Made by a program: the position numbers and the translations under genes
Assembly: GCA_022729255.1 (NCBI GenBank)
Contig: JALDAG010000002.1
Coordinates: forward strand, 1-53,399
Direction of reading: 5' to 3'
Source: Candidatus Nanohalarchaeota archaeon
Lineage (GTDB): Archaea; Nanohalarchaeota; Nanosalinia; Nanosalinales; Nanoanaerosalinaceae
Length of the DNA: 53,399 nt
The notes under the pieces: model-generated
The model's database searches: none
What the model saw: only the letters and a program-made list of their open reading frames with translations
Told to the model about the DNA's origin: nothing
In this document: positions 9,947-19,123 of the stretch, piece after piece
Layout: each line of letters opens with the position of its first letter
Position numbering within the stretch: the stretch's first letter is position 1

Positions 9947-10912
9947 ATGGAAAAGAACAACTACTTGTTCATATTTGCTGCGGTCTTAATGGTATTGATA
10001 GCTGTGCTTGCCACAAACTTATTTGAAAGAGAAGAGACGAATCCTGATGTGATGGCTTCTTTTTACCCGTTTTATGATATAACCCAGCGAATTTCAGGAG
10101 AGGAAATCGATGTTGAGCCATTGGTACCTCCTGGAACAGAACCACACTCTTTCGAGCTTTCTCCAAGTGACAGGATGAAAGTGGAAGACGCTAAAGTTTT
10201 CATTTCCACAGGTGTTTCCTTCGAGAGATGGGAGGAAGAGGTAACAGACAGTGTTGATACCAGGATAGTTGATTCTTCGAAGGGCATAGAACTCTTAGAG
10301 GCTGAACATGAGCACAGTCATGACCATGATGAGGGAAATGATCACCATGACCATGATGAGGGAAATGATCACCATGACCATGAGCATTATGGAGATTATG
10401 ATACCCATTACTGGGTTTCACCTACCAATGCGAAGATTATAGCTGAAAACATAAAAGAAGCTCTCATAGAAGAATTTCCAGAGAAAAGCGAAGAAATTGA
10501 AAGAAATGCCGAGCAATTTATGGGAGAGATGGATAGGCTGGACGAAGAATTCGAAACAAGGCTTTCAGGATGTGACAAAGATACGATTGTGACAGCTCAT
10601 GCTGCTTTCGCATACCTTGGGAACGACTATGATTTCAGTCAAGTGCCTATACACGGGATATCTCCGATGTCCGAGCCAACTCCAAGCCAGATAGAAGAGA
10701 TAATTAAGGTCACCGAGGAAAAAGAACTCCAATACATATTTTACGAGGAACTGGTTGATCCAAGGGTTGCGGAAAATATAGCAGAGGAATCAGGTGTTGA
10801 AACACTTGTTCTCAACCCTGTAGCGGGTTCTGTGGATGGAGCTGAAGGATATGTTCCTATAATGGAGAGAAATCTTGGAAACCTTGAAAGAGCTTTGGAG
10901 TGTTCGCCATAA
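9947..10912 (+). CDS. znuA: Zn/Mn ABC transporter substrate-binding protein
   Basis: EPHSFE, His-rich loop, DTHYW, HAAFAY; first gene of an ABC triplet. Confidence 0.92.
   Translation: MEKNNYLFIFAAVLMVLIAVLATNLFEREETNPDVMASFYPFYDITQRISGEEIDVEPLVPPGTEPHSFELSPSDRMKVEDAKVFISTGVSFERWEEEVTDSVDTRIVDSSKGIELLEAEHEHSHDHDEGNDHHDHDEGNDHHDHEHYGDYDTHYWVSPTNAKIIAENIKEALIEEFPEKSEEIERNAEQFMGEMDRLDEEFETRLSGCDKDTIVTAHAAFAYLGNDYDFSQVPIHGISPMSEPTPSQIEEIIKVTEEKELQYIFYEELVDPRVAENIAEESGVETLVLNPVAGSVDGAEGYVPIMERNLGNLERALECSP
10319..10383 (+). repeat. 27-bp tandem repeat (about 2.4 copies) encoding HDHDEGNDH
   Basis: catgaccatgatgagggaaatgatcac exact x2, then an 11-bp partial copy. Confidence 0.9.
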
Positions 10913-11628
10913 TGAAAGCGGTAGAAGTTAAAAATGTTTCATTTAGCTTTGGAGATAATACCATATTAGAAAACGTTTCTATGGGTTTAGAGGAAGGTGA
11001 TTTTGTTGGGTTGGTAGGACCCAATGGTTCGGGTAAAACCACGCTTGCAAAAAACATTTTAGGACTTCTTGAACCTGATAGTGGAAGCATAGAGGTATAT
11101 GGAAGGTCTCCGAAAAAAGCACAGAAGGAGGGTTTGATAGGTTATGTGCCTCAGCACTACAAGAGAGATCATCACTTTCCAGCTACTGTTGAGGAACTCC
11201 TAAGAATTTCTTTGATGTTTGACGGAGTTAATCAGTCCTATGAACTACTGGAGGAGCTTGGGATAAAAAATCATCTTACCGAGAAATTCGAATCGCTTTC
11301 AGGAGGCCAACAACAAAAGGTTGTTACAGCTTTATCTCTATTAAAAGATCCTGAGATACTTGTGCTGGACGAACCATCGGTTGGAGTAGATATAAAGTCT
11401 CAAAAAGCGTTTTACAGTTATCTTGACCGGATAAGGGAGGACAGAGGCATAACCATCTTGATGATAAGTCATGATATAGGAGCTATATCAAGACACACTG
11501 ATGAAGCCATTTATTTGAACAAGTCTGTTTGCTGTCAGGCAGATACAAAAGAGTTACCAGGGATTCTTGAAGAGACCTATGGAGATGATTTTAGGCATTA
11601 CAGCCATGGAGGTCATGACCATGATTGA
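10912..11628 (+). CDS. znuC: Zn/Mn ABC transporter ATPase
   Basis: GPNGSGKT, LSGGQ, LDEP; TAATG overlap with znuA. Confidence 0.92.
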   Translation: MKAVEVKNVSFSFGDNTILENVSMGLEEGDFVGLVGPNGSGKTTLAKNILGLLEPDSGSIEVYGRSPKKAQKEGLIGYVPQHYKRDHHFPATVEELLRISLMFDGVNQSYELLEELGIKNHLTEKFESLSGGQQQKVVTALSLLKDPEILVLDEPSVGVDIKSQKAFYSYLDRIREDRGITILMISHDIGAISRHTDEAIYLNKSVCCQADTKELPGILEETYGDDFRHYSHGGHDHD

Positions 11629-12430
11629 GATATTTGTGGATTTTTTCCAGTACGATTTCATGTGGAAAGCGCTTTTGATAGGTCTTATGATATCTGTTTC
11701 TACGTCTATACTGGGTATATACTTGGTTCTTGAGAAAATGTCTCTTATAGGAGATGGACTGGCCCACGCATCTTTCGGAGGTGTTGCACTAGGATTTCTC
11801 TTAAATATAAACCCTGTGTGGACAGCTTTTCTGGTTGCAGGTCTAGGATCATTCGGTATAAACTACCTTGTATCAAGAAAAAAGACACACGGTGATGCAG
11901 CAATAGCACTCGCACTTTCTACAGGAATGGCGATAGCAGTTGTTATTATAGGTATTGTTGGAGGTTTCAATGCTGATCTTTTCTCATATCTTTTTGGAAG
12001 CATACTTTCCATTAGCTTTATGGATATAGGTTTTACTGCTCTTGTTACTTTTTCTGTTGTCTGCTTCTTCTTTCTAAATTATGATTCCATTATTCAGATG
12101 AATTTCAACGAAGAACTTGCAAAGCTTCACGGAGTTAAAACTTCAAGAGTTAGGTATCTATTAACCTTTTTTGTGGCTTTATCGGTTGTGACAGCGGTGA
12201 GAGCTGTCGGCATACTTTTAGTAACAGGTCTTATCGTTATTCCACCATTAACCGCTTTACAGATCGCTAAATCATACAAAAACGCAGTAATTCTTTCAGT
12301 AGGTGTGAGCGTTTCAGGGATGACTTTAGGGATATTCTCGGCCTACGCTTTAGATATACCTCCCAGCGGAGCTATCATAATCACTTTGATCTTTTTGTTC
12401 GTTTTTTCAACGTTTCTATCCGATGATTAG
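11621..12430 (+). CDS. znuB: Zn/Mn ABC transporter permease
   Basis: GDGLAH, YLFGSIL, VGILLV motifs; multiple TM helices. Confidence 0.92.
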   Translation: MIEIFVDFFQYDFMWKALLIGLMISVSTSILGIYLVLEKMSLIGDGLAHASFGGVALGFLLNINPVWTAFLVAGLGSFGINYLVSRKKTHGDAAIALALSTGMAIAVVIIGIVGGFNADLFSYLFGSILSISFMDIGFTALVTFSVVCFFFLNYDSIIQMNFNEELAKLHGVKTSRVRYLLTFFVALSVVTAVRAVGILLVTGLIVIPPLTALQIAKSYKNAVILSVGVSVSGMTLGIFSAYALDIPPSGAIIITLIFLFVFSTFLSDD

Positions 12431-12664
12431 AAAGAATCTTCTTTAAAGGAGGGATGACCAGTCAAGAGATATTTTGAGTTTTCAAAAAGTATCTTGGTTC
12501 TATATAGCTACATACAACTTATTTATTACAATAGACCTACCTCTTTTTTTTGAATCGTCTTTTTCTGTTCGGATTTGCGAGGAGATTTTTTTCCAGAAAA
12601 AATATTATTTGAAAAAGAGCATCTGTTTTATAAGATTTTATTTTTTTCCATATATGTGGTATCA

Positions 12665-12850
12665 ATGGTTGGTGATGAATTAGCTGAAAGGCTTAACAAG
12701 CTTAAAGAAGATTTTGTGGAAAAAGAAGGTAGAGAAGCATATGAAGAGATGGAAAAAAGATATATTGATGGTGATATAGACAACAAAATAGATTTTAAAG
12801 CAGCTAAAAAATTAATAGAGGAATTGGAAAGCGAAATGAACAGTAAATAA
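12665..12850 (+). CDS. Small charged helical hypothetical protein (61 aa)
   Basis: ATG at 12665, protein-like composition, followed by a T-tract. Confidence 0.55.
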   Translation: MVGDELAERLNKLKEDFVEKEGREAYEEMEKRYIDGDIDNKIDFKAAKKLIEELESEMNSK

Positions 12851-12867
12851 CCCTTTTCTTTTTTTTG
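12851..12867 (+). terminator. Oligo-T archaeal terminator candidate
   Basis: cccttttctttttttt directly after the stop codon. Confidence 0.4.
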
Positions 12868-12887
12868 ATGTAATATTTTATTAAATT

Positions 12888-13361
12888 ATGATATCATTAG
12901 ATGAGAGTATGGGGGAAGACATTTTAGAAGCGCTCGAGAAAATATCAAAAATGATAGGCAGAGATTTTGAATGGATGATTATAGGTAGTTGTAACATGTT
13001 TTTACAAGGTATAGATGTTATACCTAACGATATAGATATAGTAGCCCATGAAGGAAAATTTGAAGCCATAAAGAAGACGTTTTCAGAACACATAAAAAGG
13101 GATATTCACATATATGAGGGAACTTTAGGAAAATATCCCAGAATTATCGTTGAGATAGAGGGTGTAGAAGTAGAAATCATGGGAGAGGATGATAACGGAG
13201 TATATTTCAAAAACATCTCTGAAGGAACTCTGGAACTAGACATCAGAGGAATGAGATTGAAATGTTTGGAGCTTGAAAAAGAAGCCGAGGTATATGAGAT
13301 GTTGGGTCAAGAAAAAAGGGTAGAACAGATAGACGAATTTTTGAGAGATAAAATGGCATAA
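12888..13361 (+). CDS. Minimal Pol-beta-superfamily nucleotidyltransferase
   Basis: hhGS..h.LQG...P.DIDI motif; true start may be 12909. Confidence 0.7.
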   Translation: MISLDESMGEDILEALEKISKMIGRDFEWMIIGSCNMFLQGIDVIPNDIDIVAHEGKFEAIKKTFSEHIKRDIHIYEGTLGKYPRIIVEIEGVEVEIMGEDDNGVYFKNISEGTLELDIRGMRLKCLELEKEAEVYEMLGQEKRVEQIDEFLRDKMA

Positions 13362-13373
13362 GACTGTCGTGCA

Positions 13374-13634
13374 TTATCCCAGAAATCGGTAAAGGATAGC
13401 GATCAAAAAAATCAGGAAACCAAGTACAAGAAGTCTTATCTCGAGCACATATTCTTCTTCGTCCAATTCTCGGATGCTGAAACTGAAACTATCTTCTTCT
13501 GTTGAGGATATACCATTTTCCTCCTCAACGCTTATTTCAGCTCCGGAACTATCGCTTTGAAACCTTAAAAAAAGTCCTAAAGAGTTTGAAAGGAGTAAAG
13601 AAGAGATCAAAGCAAAACAGATTATTTTTTTCAT
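13374..13634 (-). CDS. Small membrane protein (signal peptide plus C-terminal TM)
   Basis: MKKIICFALISSLLL... N-terminus; the longer ORF-track start overlaps tRNA-Gly, so it was trimmed. Confidence 0.55.
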   Translation of the reverse strand: MKKIICFALISSLLLSNSLGLFLRFQSDSSGAEISVEEENGISSTEEDSFSFSIRELDEEEYVLEIRLLVLGFLIFLIAILYRFLG

Positions 13635-13651
13635 TTTTAACACTTGAGGGA

Positions 13652-13723
13652 TGCGCCGACCGGGAGTTGAACCCGGGTCGCCAGCATGGGAAGCTGGAGT
13701 CTTAGCCACTGGACCATCAGCGC
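13652..13723 (-). tRNA. tRNA-Gly(CCC)
   Basis: GCGCTGA..TCGGCGC acceptor stem, CCAGC-TTCCCAT-GCTGG anticodon arm, CCGGG-TTCAACT-CCCGG T arm; CCA not encoded. Confidence 0.95.
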
Positions 13724-13777
13724 TTGAATTTTTTTGGGTTACTCAAGTTTTTATCTGTTTTACACGAAAATTTTGAT

Positions 13778-14752
13778 ATGTCGACAGAGAAAACTTTGAA
13801 AAAATTCAAAACCGTAGAAGGCACATTCGAGCTAACTAAACATGTTTTCGGACAGGGCTCACCCACATGCGGTGTTATTTCAGGGGTTCATGGAGACGAA
13901 TTTCTTGCCAGAAAGGTAGCGGAACACCTAAAAGAGAATTTGGACAACCGCGTATTTAATGGAACTGTGCATATAGTATCAGATGCAAACATATTTGCAT
14001 GTGATGAGGGAAGAAGGATGACTCCTTGGCCCAGGTTTGAGAAAAACGAGGGAGAGATGAGAGATCTTAACAGGTGTTTTAAAACAGCTTTTGAAAACAT
14101 GAAATCAAAAAATAAGCTTAACACCACTCAGTTGATAGCAAGAGAGATATTAAGGGATTTCAAGAAATTTGATTTTGTCCTGGACCTACATAATGCTACT
14201 TCTGGAGGCTTTAAGGTAGATCAAACTCGTCTCAAGGTTTCAAACGGAATCCCTCAAGAGACAATAATCGAGATGGAGAAGATGGCTAAAAACAGCGGCA
14301 CAGATTTTGTGATGAGATCAGCACCTTCATGGTTAGGAGGAACTTTATCAAGCATTTTACCTCTTTTAAAAGTTCCTGTAATCACATTTGAAGTTTCTGG
14401 AGGTTCGGGCCGCGATAAAAAAGACTTTGAAAATTATATGGGTTATGTGGAGAACGTACTAAAATTTAAAGAGGTGTTGGATGGAGAAAACGTGTTTAAA
14501 GAACCATATTTTTTCGATCAGATAATACCAGTGTATTCTGACAGTTATGGTCATCTAAAACTTTTTGTAGAGCTGGGCGAGTTTATATATCCCGGTAAAA
14601 CCATAGCATTGATCCTTGATGATGAAGGGAACGCTGTTGAAGAAATATATTCGGAACATGAAGGTTTTATAGAGTCCATAACTGACTCTAAAGAAGTCAT
14701 TGAAGGTTCAAGGATTGTGAATATCGGTTCGAACGGTGAAGGTTTTAAATAA
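13778..14752 (+). CDS. Succinylglutamate desuccinylase/aspartoacylase-family (M14) Zn deacylase/peptidase
   Basis: GVHGDE, DLNRCF, DLHN, TFEV and a C-terminal biotinyl-lipoyl-like barrel. Confidence 0.88.
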   Translation: MSTEKTLKKFKTVEGTFELTKHVFGQGSPTCGVISGVHGDEFLARKVAEHLKENLDNRVFNGTVHIVSDANIFACDEGRRMTPWPRFEKNEGEMRDLNRCFKTAFENMKSKNKLNTTQLIAREILRDFKKFDFVLDLHNATSGGFKVDQTRLKVSNGIPQETIIEMEKMAKNSGTDFVMRSAPSWLGGTLSSILPLLKVPVITFEVSGGSGRDKKDFENYMGYVENVLKFKEVLDGENVFKEPYFFDQIIPVYSDSYGHLKLFVELGEFIYPGKTIALILDDEGNAVEEIYSEHEGFIESITDSKEVIEGSRIVNIGSNGEGFK

Positions 14753-14775
14753 ACTGGTTTTCTAATTTAGAGGAT

Positions 14776-15798
14776 ATGGAGAAAATAGTTCCTGACATCG
14801 TATCTTCAAGCCTTAAACGAGTTGAGCTCCCTGAAACCATTTGTATAGATGGGGAAAGAAGAGAGGTCTCTGAAGGAGATATAGTTGCTGTAAAAATTGT
14901 TTCTGAGGGAGGTAGTTATGATAAAGTTGAGGCTATTGACGGTGAAACCCATAAACTTGAAAATGGTATGACCATAATAGGAGTGCTCTGCGAGAGAAAA
15001 GCTGTTAAAGGTTTTGTGGGTCTAATGCCTGATGAGGCTAAAAGAGGAGACGTCTTGGATTTTATAGGTGGAGCTGGAGCTATAGGTAAGTGTGTATCAT
15101 CCTTTGAAGAACTTGGTGAACCATTTTCCGTCGAGGTCTTAGGTTTTCTTGTTAAGGATGGAGAGAAGATGAATGTTAAAGATTTTTCTATAGATATGGA
15201 GACAAAACTCAATGGCTGCTCGCCCATAGTAATGGTTTCTGGTACCAGGATGGATTCTGGAAAGACTACACTTGCGTCTAATTTGATAAAAGAACTTTCT
15301 GAAAGAGGTTTTTCTGTAGGCGCTGCCAAGTTAACAGGATTCACCAGACAGCGTGATAGGATAAAGATGGAAGAGTACGGTGCAGATGTCAGCATGGATT
15401 TCGTTGATGCAGGTCTTTTATCATCTTCAAATAGTTCAGAAGATGTTTTGTGTGCTGCAAAAGGTGTTCTAAATACTGTATCATCTAAAGGAGTTGATGT
15501 TATTGTTGTTGAATTAGGAGGAGGTATAATAGGTTATGATAACGTTTTTGAGGTTTTAACTGAAAGAGAAATTGTTGAAAATACTGTATACAATATAGTA
15601 ACTGTGATGGATCCCGTGGCAGCTTTTGGAGCTAAAAGAATGTTAGGTGAGAAAGACGTCTCTATAGATGTTTTTTCAGGTCCTGCGACAGATACAGAAA
15701 CCGGAGAAAGCCTTATAAAAACTTTCACTGAAGTCGATGCGTTAAATGGAAGAAAAAAATATGTTAAAATAGCTGACAAGGTAGAAGAAAACCTTTGA
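14776..15798 (+). CDS. DUF1611-like P-loop protein
   Basis: GTRMDSGKTT, AAKLTG..R.RD, DF.DAG..S, VELGGGI motifs. Confidence 0.72.
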   Translation: MEKIVPDIVSSSLKRVELPETICIDGERREVSEGDIVAVKIVSEGGSYDKVEAIDGETHKLENGMTIIGVLCERKAVKGFVGLMPDEAKRGDVLDFIGGAGAIGKCVSSFEELGEPFSVEVLGFLVKDGEKMNVKDFSIDMETKLNGCSPIVMVSGTRMDSGKTTLASNLIKELSERGFSVGAAKLTGFTRQRDRIKMEEYGADVSMDFVDAGLLSSSNSSEDVLCAAKGVLNTVSSKGVDVIVVELGGGIIGYDNVFEVLTEREIVENTVYNIVTVMDPVAAFGAKRMLGEKDVSIDVFSGPATDTETGESLIKTFTEVDALNGRKKYVKIADKVEENL

Positions 15799-15800
15799 AA

Positions 15801-16700
15801 TCAGGCCTTCGAATCCGATGTCTTATTCTTTAGAGCGTTGCTGTAGATATGTTCCATCAATATCTCTGGTATGTTCTCTCCAATAATATCTTCCAGATCA
15901 GCTATACCCGGAGAAAAGTTTATCTCTCCGATGTAAAAACCACCATTCTCAGATTCTATTATGTCTATTCCGCAAAAGTCAAATCCACAGAGCTTCGCGG
16001 CCTGAACTGCAGCCTCTTTCATCTCTTCAGTCGGTTCGTACTTCTCTCTTTTACCTCCCTGAGATATGTTTGACCTGAACTCATCTTTTCCTCCAATTCT
16101 CTTGTATGTGAAAGTTTTATCTCCCACAACAATCATCCTTATATCTTCCCCAGGGTTCTCTATGTATTCCTGTAGGCATATATCTTGTTCGAAGAGTGTC
16201 AGTGTATCTATTATAGGTGTAAGATCTGATTTTTCGTTCGCTTTCATTACACCCTTGCCACCATAACCAGATATTATCTTGATTATCACGGGATATCCCA
16301 GTTCCTCGGCAGCCCTTTGAGTTTCCTGTGTTGAAAGGGTGTAACTTGTATTGGGGACAGGCAGATTCCCGTCTTCCATAACTTTTATCATGTAGAACTT
16401 GTTCGATGCGATTGTTAGAGAGTCTACATCTACCTGTGTGTAAACTCCTTCGGTCTCTAGTATCTCTGGTATGTTCTCTCCAAAAAGCATCTCGTCACCG
16501 AAAACTCTGAGAAACACACAGTCGAAATCTGTGAGGTCGGTGGTCTTGTACATGAGCTGTACTCCGTTACCATTGTAAACCACTCTCAAACATTCCATTG
16601 GTACGGCTAGAACCGTATCAAAAAACTTTTCAGCTTCTTCCATCAATATATGATGTTGGTCGGATTCTTTACCATATATTATCGCACATCTAATCGTCAT
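15801..16700 (-). CDS. rimK: RimK/LysX-family ATP-grasp ligase (motifs intact)
   Basis: NKF, PVIIK..SGYGGKGV, QEYI, DIR, FRSNISQGG, GIDII, EINFSPG. Confidence 0.85.
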   Translation of the reverse strand: MTIRCAIIYGKESDQHHILMEEAEKFFDTVLAVPMECLRVVYNGNGVQLMYKTTDLTDFDCVFLRVFGDEMLFGENIPEILETEGVYTQVDVDSLTIASNKFYMIKVMEDGNLPVPNTSYTLSTQETQRAAEELGYPVIIKIISGYGGKGVMKANEKSDLTPIIDTLTLFEQDICLQEYIENPGEDIRMIVVGDKTFTYKRIGGKDEFRSNISQGGKREKYEPTEEMKEAAVQAAKLCGFDFCGIDIIESENGGFYIGEINFSPGIADLEDIIGENIPEILMEHIYSNALKNKTSDSKA

Positions 16701-17502
16701 CACCCTTTAATACCTTTGCCACCTTACTGAAAACGCTTTTTCCACTTATCTTCTTGAACATTTCCAGGTTCAACTCTGGTTTCATCTGCACAATAGTGTC
16801 ATCTACTATTCTAGCCCGACATATATCAGCACCTATGGATTCAGCGGCTTTCCTTATTTCTTCTTTCTGATCCGCTGATATGGTATGATAAGTTCTTGTC
16901 ACGTCTTTATCCTCCCATTCACCCTCTAGTTTTAGAGATATTATCGTTCCATCGATATAGAGAATGTCGAAGATAGCTCCATCTATATATTCCTGTGTTA
17001 AAAGATAGTTTTTACCGTACTCAATTCTATCGGCAAACTTTTGAAGTTCATCAGCATCATCTATCTTTGCGATATCTTTTCTATTGAAATTTTCGTACAT
17101 CTTGGCCACCGCGGGAAATTTAATGTTTTTTTCCACGGAAGTTAGGCCTTTTTCACTCGGTACTGCTATAGTGTTAGGTATTTTTGCTCCTTTCTCCTTC
17201 AGTACTTTGAAGAGGTAGTGTTTTTTTGTTAGTATGTGGAATGTGTTGGGTTTAAGATTAGCGTTAACGCTTTCCTCCTGAAGAGCTTCAAGCAGAACCC
17301 TTGAATATATCGATGCTTTTGGTTCTGGATCAAGGTATACCGCGTCAAAATCTTCTTTGATATTTCTGTCTTTCAGCTTGACCTTTGGATCTGTACCGGA
17401 ATTTATCGAAATATCTGCAAGTGAGTGGTATTCAACATTTTCGAACTCTCCTTCAAAATCTTCAAATTTATCGGGTTTATTCGTCAGCACTAGTAAATTC
17501 AT
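16690..17502 (-). CDS. Degenerate RimK-like ATP-grasp protein
   Basis: K..LF..L...G..IPNT, FPAVAK and QEYIDG are retained; the Gly loop and ExN motif are missing. Start taken at the ATG of MNLLV. Confidence 0.7.
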   Translation of the reverse strand: MNLLVLTNKPDKFEDFEGEFENVEYHSLADISINSGTDPKVKLKDRNIKEDFDAVYLDPEPKASIYSRVLLEALQEESVNANLKPNTFHILTKKHYLFKVLKEKGAKIPNTIAVPSEKGLTSVEKNIKFPAVAKMYENFNRKDIAKIDDADELQKFADRIEYGKNYLLTQEYIDGAIFDILYIDGTIISLKLEGEWEDKDVTRTYHTISADQKEEIRKAAESIGADICRARIVDDTIVQMKPELNLEMFKKISGKSVFSKVAKVLKGDDD

Positions 17503-19066
17503 CGAGCTTCCTTTCACCTCCTTTTTTTGAATCGGCTTTCCACACCCTTCTAACGTTTTCCGAGTTCCATTTCTCCAAGAAATCATCCGCTGATTCCGGG
17601 AAAACGTTTTTGAGTATTCTTCCACTTCTCATTATTTTTCCAAGCTGGAGCTCCAAGTTTTTCGATAGTTTTTCGTAGAAACCGATATCTGAGTAGATAA
17701 GGTTGTTATCTATCCTCCAGTAAGCCCTTGTATCTTTTGGTGCGAGTACAATGTATCCTCTTTCTCTTCCCTCGAACTCTGACATAGCTTCTCTTAGCTC
17801 CTTGTCATCCACGTAGTATACTCCTCCTGTTCCTGTATGTGAACTTGGATCGATTATCAGTATTTCTTTACCTTCCACACCCATGGCAAGACTGTAATGG
17901 CCTTTGGATGCGTTTGGGAAAAGCACAGGTTTTGCAAAGTTTGCAATTATTAGTGCTCCGTCATTGAACCATGTTTTGAACTCCTCGCTCAGATCAGTTA
18001 TATTCCTATTTTCCACAAATGCTCCTCTGACACCCTTGCTGGTAAGCTGTTCAACAGCATTTATGAGTTCAGGAGGTTCAACTCCCTTGTTGAGCTCGGT
18101 TCCAGAAACCTTTGCTAATCTCTCCTGACTTATACTGTACCCAAAAACTGCGAGAGCCATCTCAGCTGATGCTGGACCACAGTAAGAAGGTTCCTGAGCA
18201 ACAAAATAGTTCTTTATATCTTCAAGTGTTTCTATATCTGCTTTAACCCTCTTGAACATTATGTTTTTGTCCATGAGGTTCTTGTTCGGCGTTACCATGA
18301 AATAACCTTTGTCGGTGGCTATGGTGGTTGAGAACGTGGATATATCCCTTATTTCTCCGGATTCACCGTCTATCTTCACGTTGTTACCTCTTTTAATCAC
18401 ATCAGATGTTCTGAGATAAATCTGGCCAGCATAATTTTGAACAAGGTTTTTAAAACCAAAGAAAGCAAGGAAACCTAGTACTACAACCACGGTATAAGAA
18501 GCAGCTCTTAAAGTGGTTTCAATTATCTGTGTGGGCACTCCTAACTGTGTTATAGCGATTTCCAAAGCTACAAGGTAAAGAAAAACTTTTAAAGTCTTGA
18601 AAAATATATCTATACCTTGTGAAGCAAATCCCATGTCTTTTGCATACTTTTTAAGGCCTAAAGTCTCAAGAAAACTTTTTAGAAAGTTTATCAATATGTT
18701 TATGAGTATAAAACCCAGTATGAATATCAAGGTTGCGGAAAGTATGGAAGGTATGTAGTTCAAAACCTGTGTCAACAACTGATTAGTGGCGCCCGCATTT
18801 ATGTATAGAAGGGCGATAACAATTGTGACAACAGAAATCGTGTACTCTATGTATTTGTAAGGGGTTCTCGTTTTTTCTCTTTTTATCTCTTCAACACTTT
18901 CACCTTTTCTGTACTTTGAAATTTTCTTTGCAACTTTCACAAGTACCTGCGCCATCAAATAACCTAACAACAATATGAGAAGCGTTATCGCTATCTGAAC
19001 TATAATAGGCTGTTCTGCTCCTAGAGCTACTTGATCTAAATTAATTGATCGTAAAAAATCTATCAT
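17477..19066 (-). CDS. MscS-type channel fused to a C39/phytochelatin-synthase-like cysteine protease domain
   Basis: About 5 TM helices, then GFKNLVQNY..G.NVKIDGESGEI..I...ST...PN; then QEPSYCGPAS, GHYS and IIDP. Confidence 0.82.
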   Translation of the reverse strand: MIDFLRSINLDQVALGAEQPIIVQIAITLLILLLGYLMAQVLVKVAKKISKYRKGESVEEIKREKTRTPYKYIEYTISVVTIVIALLYINAGATNQLLTQVLNYIPSILSATLIFILGFILINILINFLKSFLETLGLKKYAKDMGFASQGIDIFFKTLKVFLYLVALEIAITQLGVPTQIIETTLRAASYTVVVVLGFLAFFGFKNLVQNYAGQIYLRTSDVIKRGNNVKIDGESGEIRDISTFSTTIATDKGYFMVTPNKNLMDKNIMFKRVKADIETLEDIKNYFVAQEPSYCGPASAEMALAVFGYSISQERLAKVSGTELNKGVEPPELINAVEQLTSKGVRGAFVENRNITDLSEEFKTWFNDGALIIANFAKPVLFPNASKGHYSLAMGVEGKEILIIDPSSHTGTGGVYYVDDKELREAMSEFEGRERGYIVLAPKDTRAYWRIDNNLIYSDIGFYEKLSKNLELQLGKIMRSGRILKNVFPESADDFLEKWNSENVRRVWKADSKKGGERKLDEFTSADE

Positions 19067-19123
19067 CTTTTTGTTCCCCCCAGAAATATGATTTATCTTT
19101 GCTCATTTAAAACCTTTCTGAAA

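Noticed and set aside
13635..13709. N-terminal extension of ORF 13374-13709
   Set aside because: It is the translated tRNA-Gly sequence; the real start is likely 13634
15801..19066. Graspetide RiPP cluster, or LysW-type lysine/arginine pathway
   Set aside because: No precursor peptide with core repeats and no LysW carrier or lysYZJK genes are visible; a distant precursor cannot be excluded
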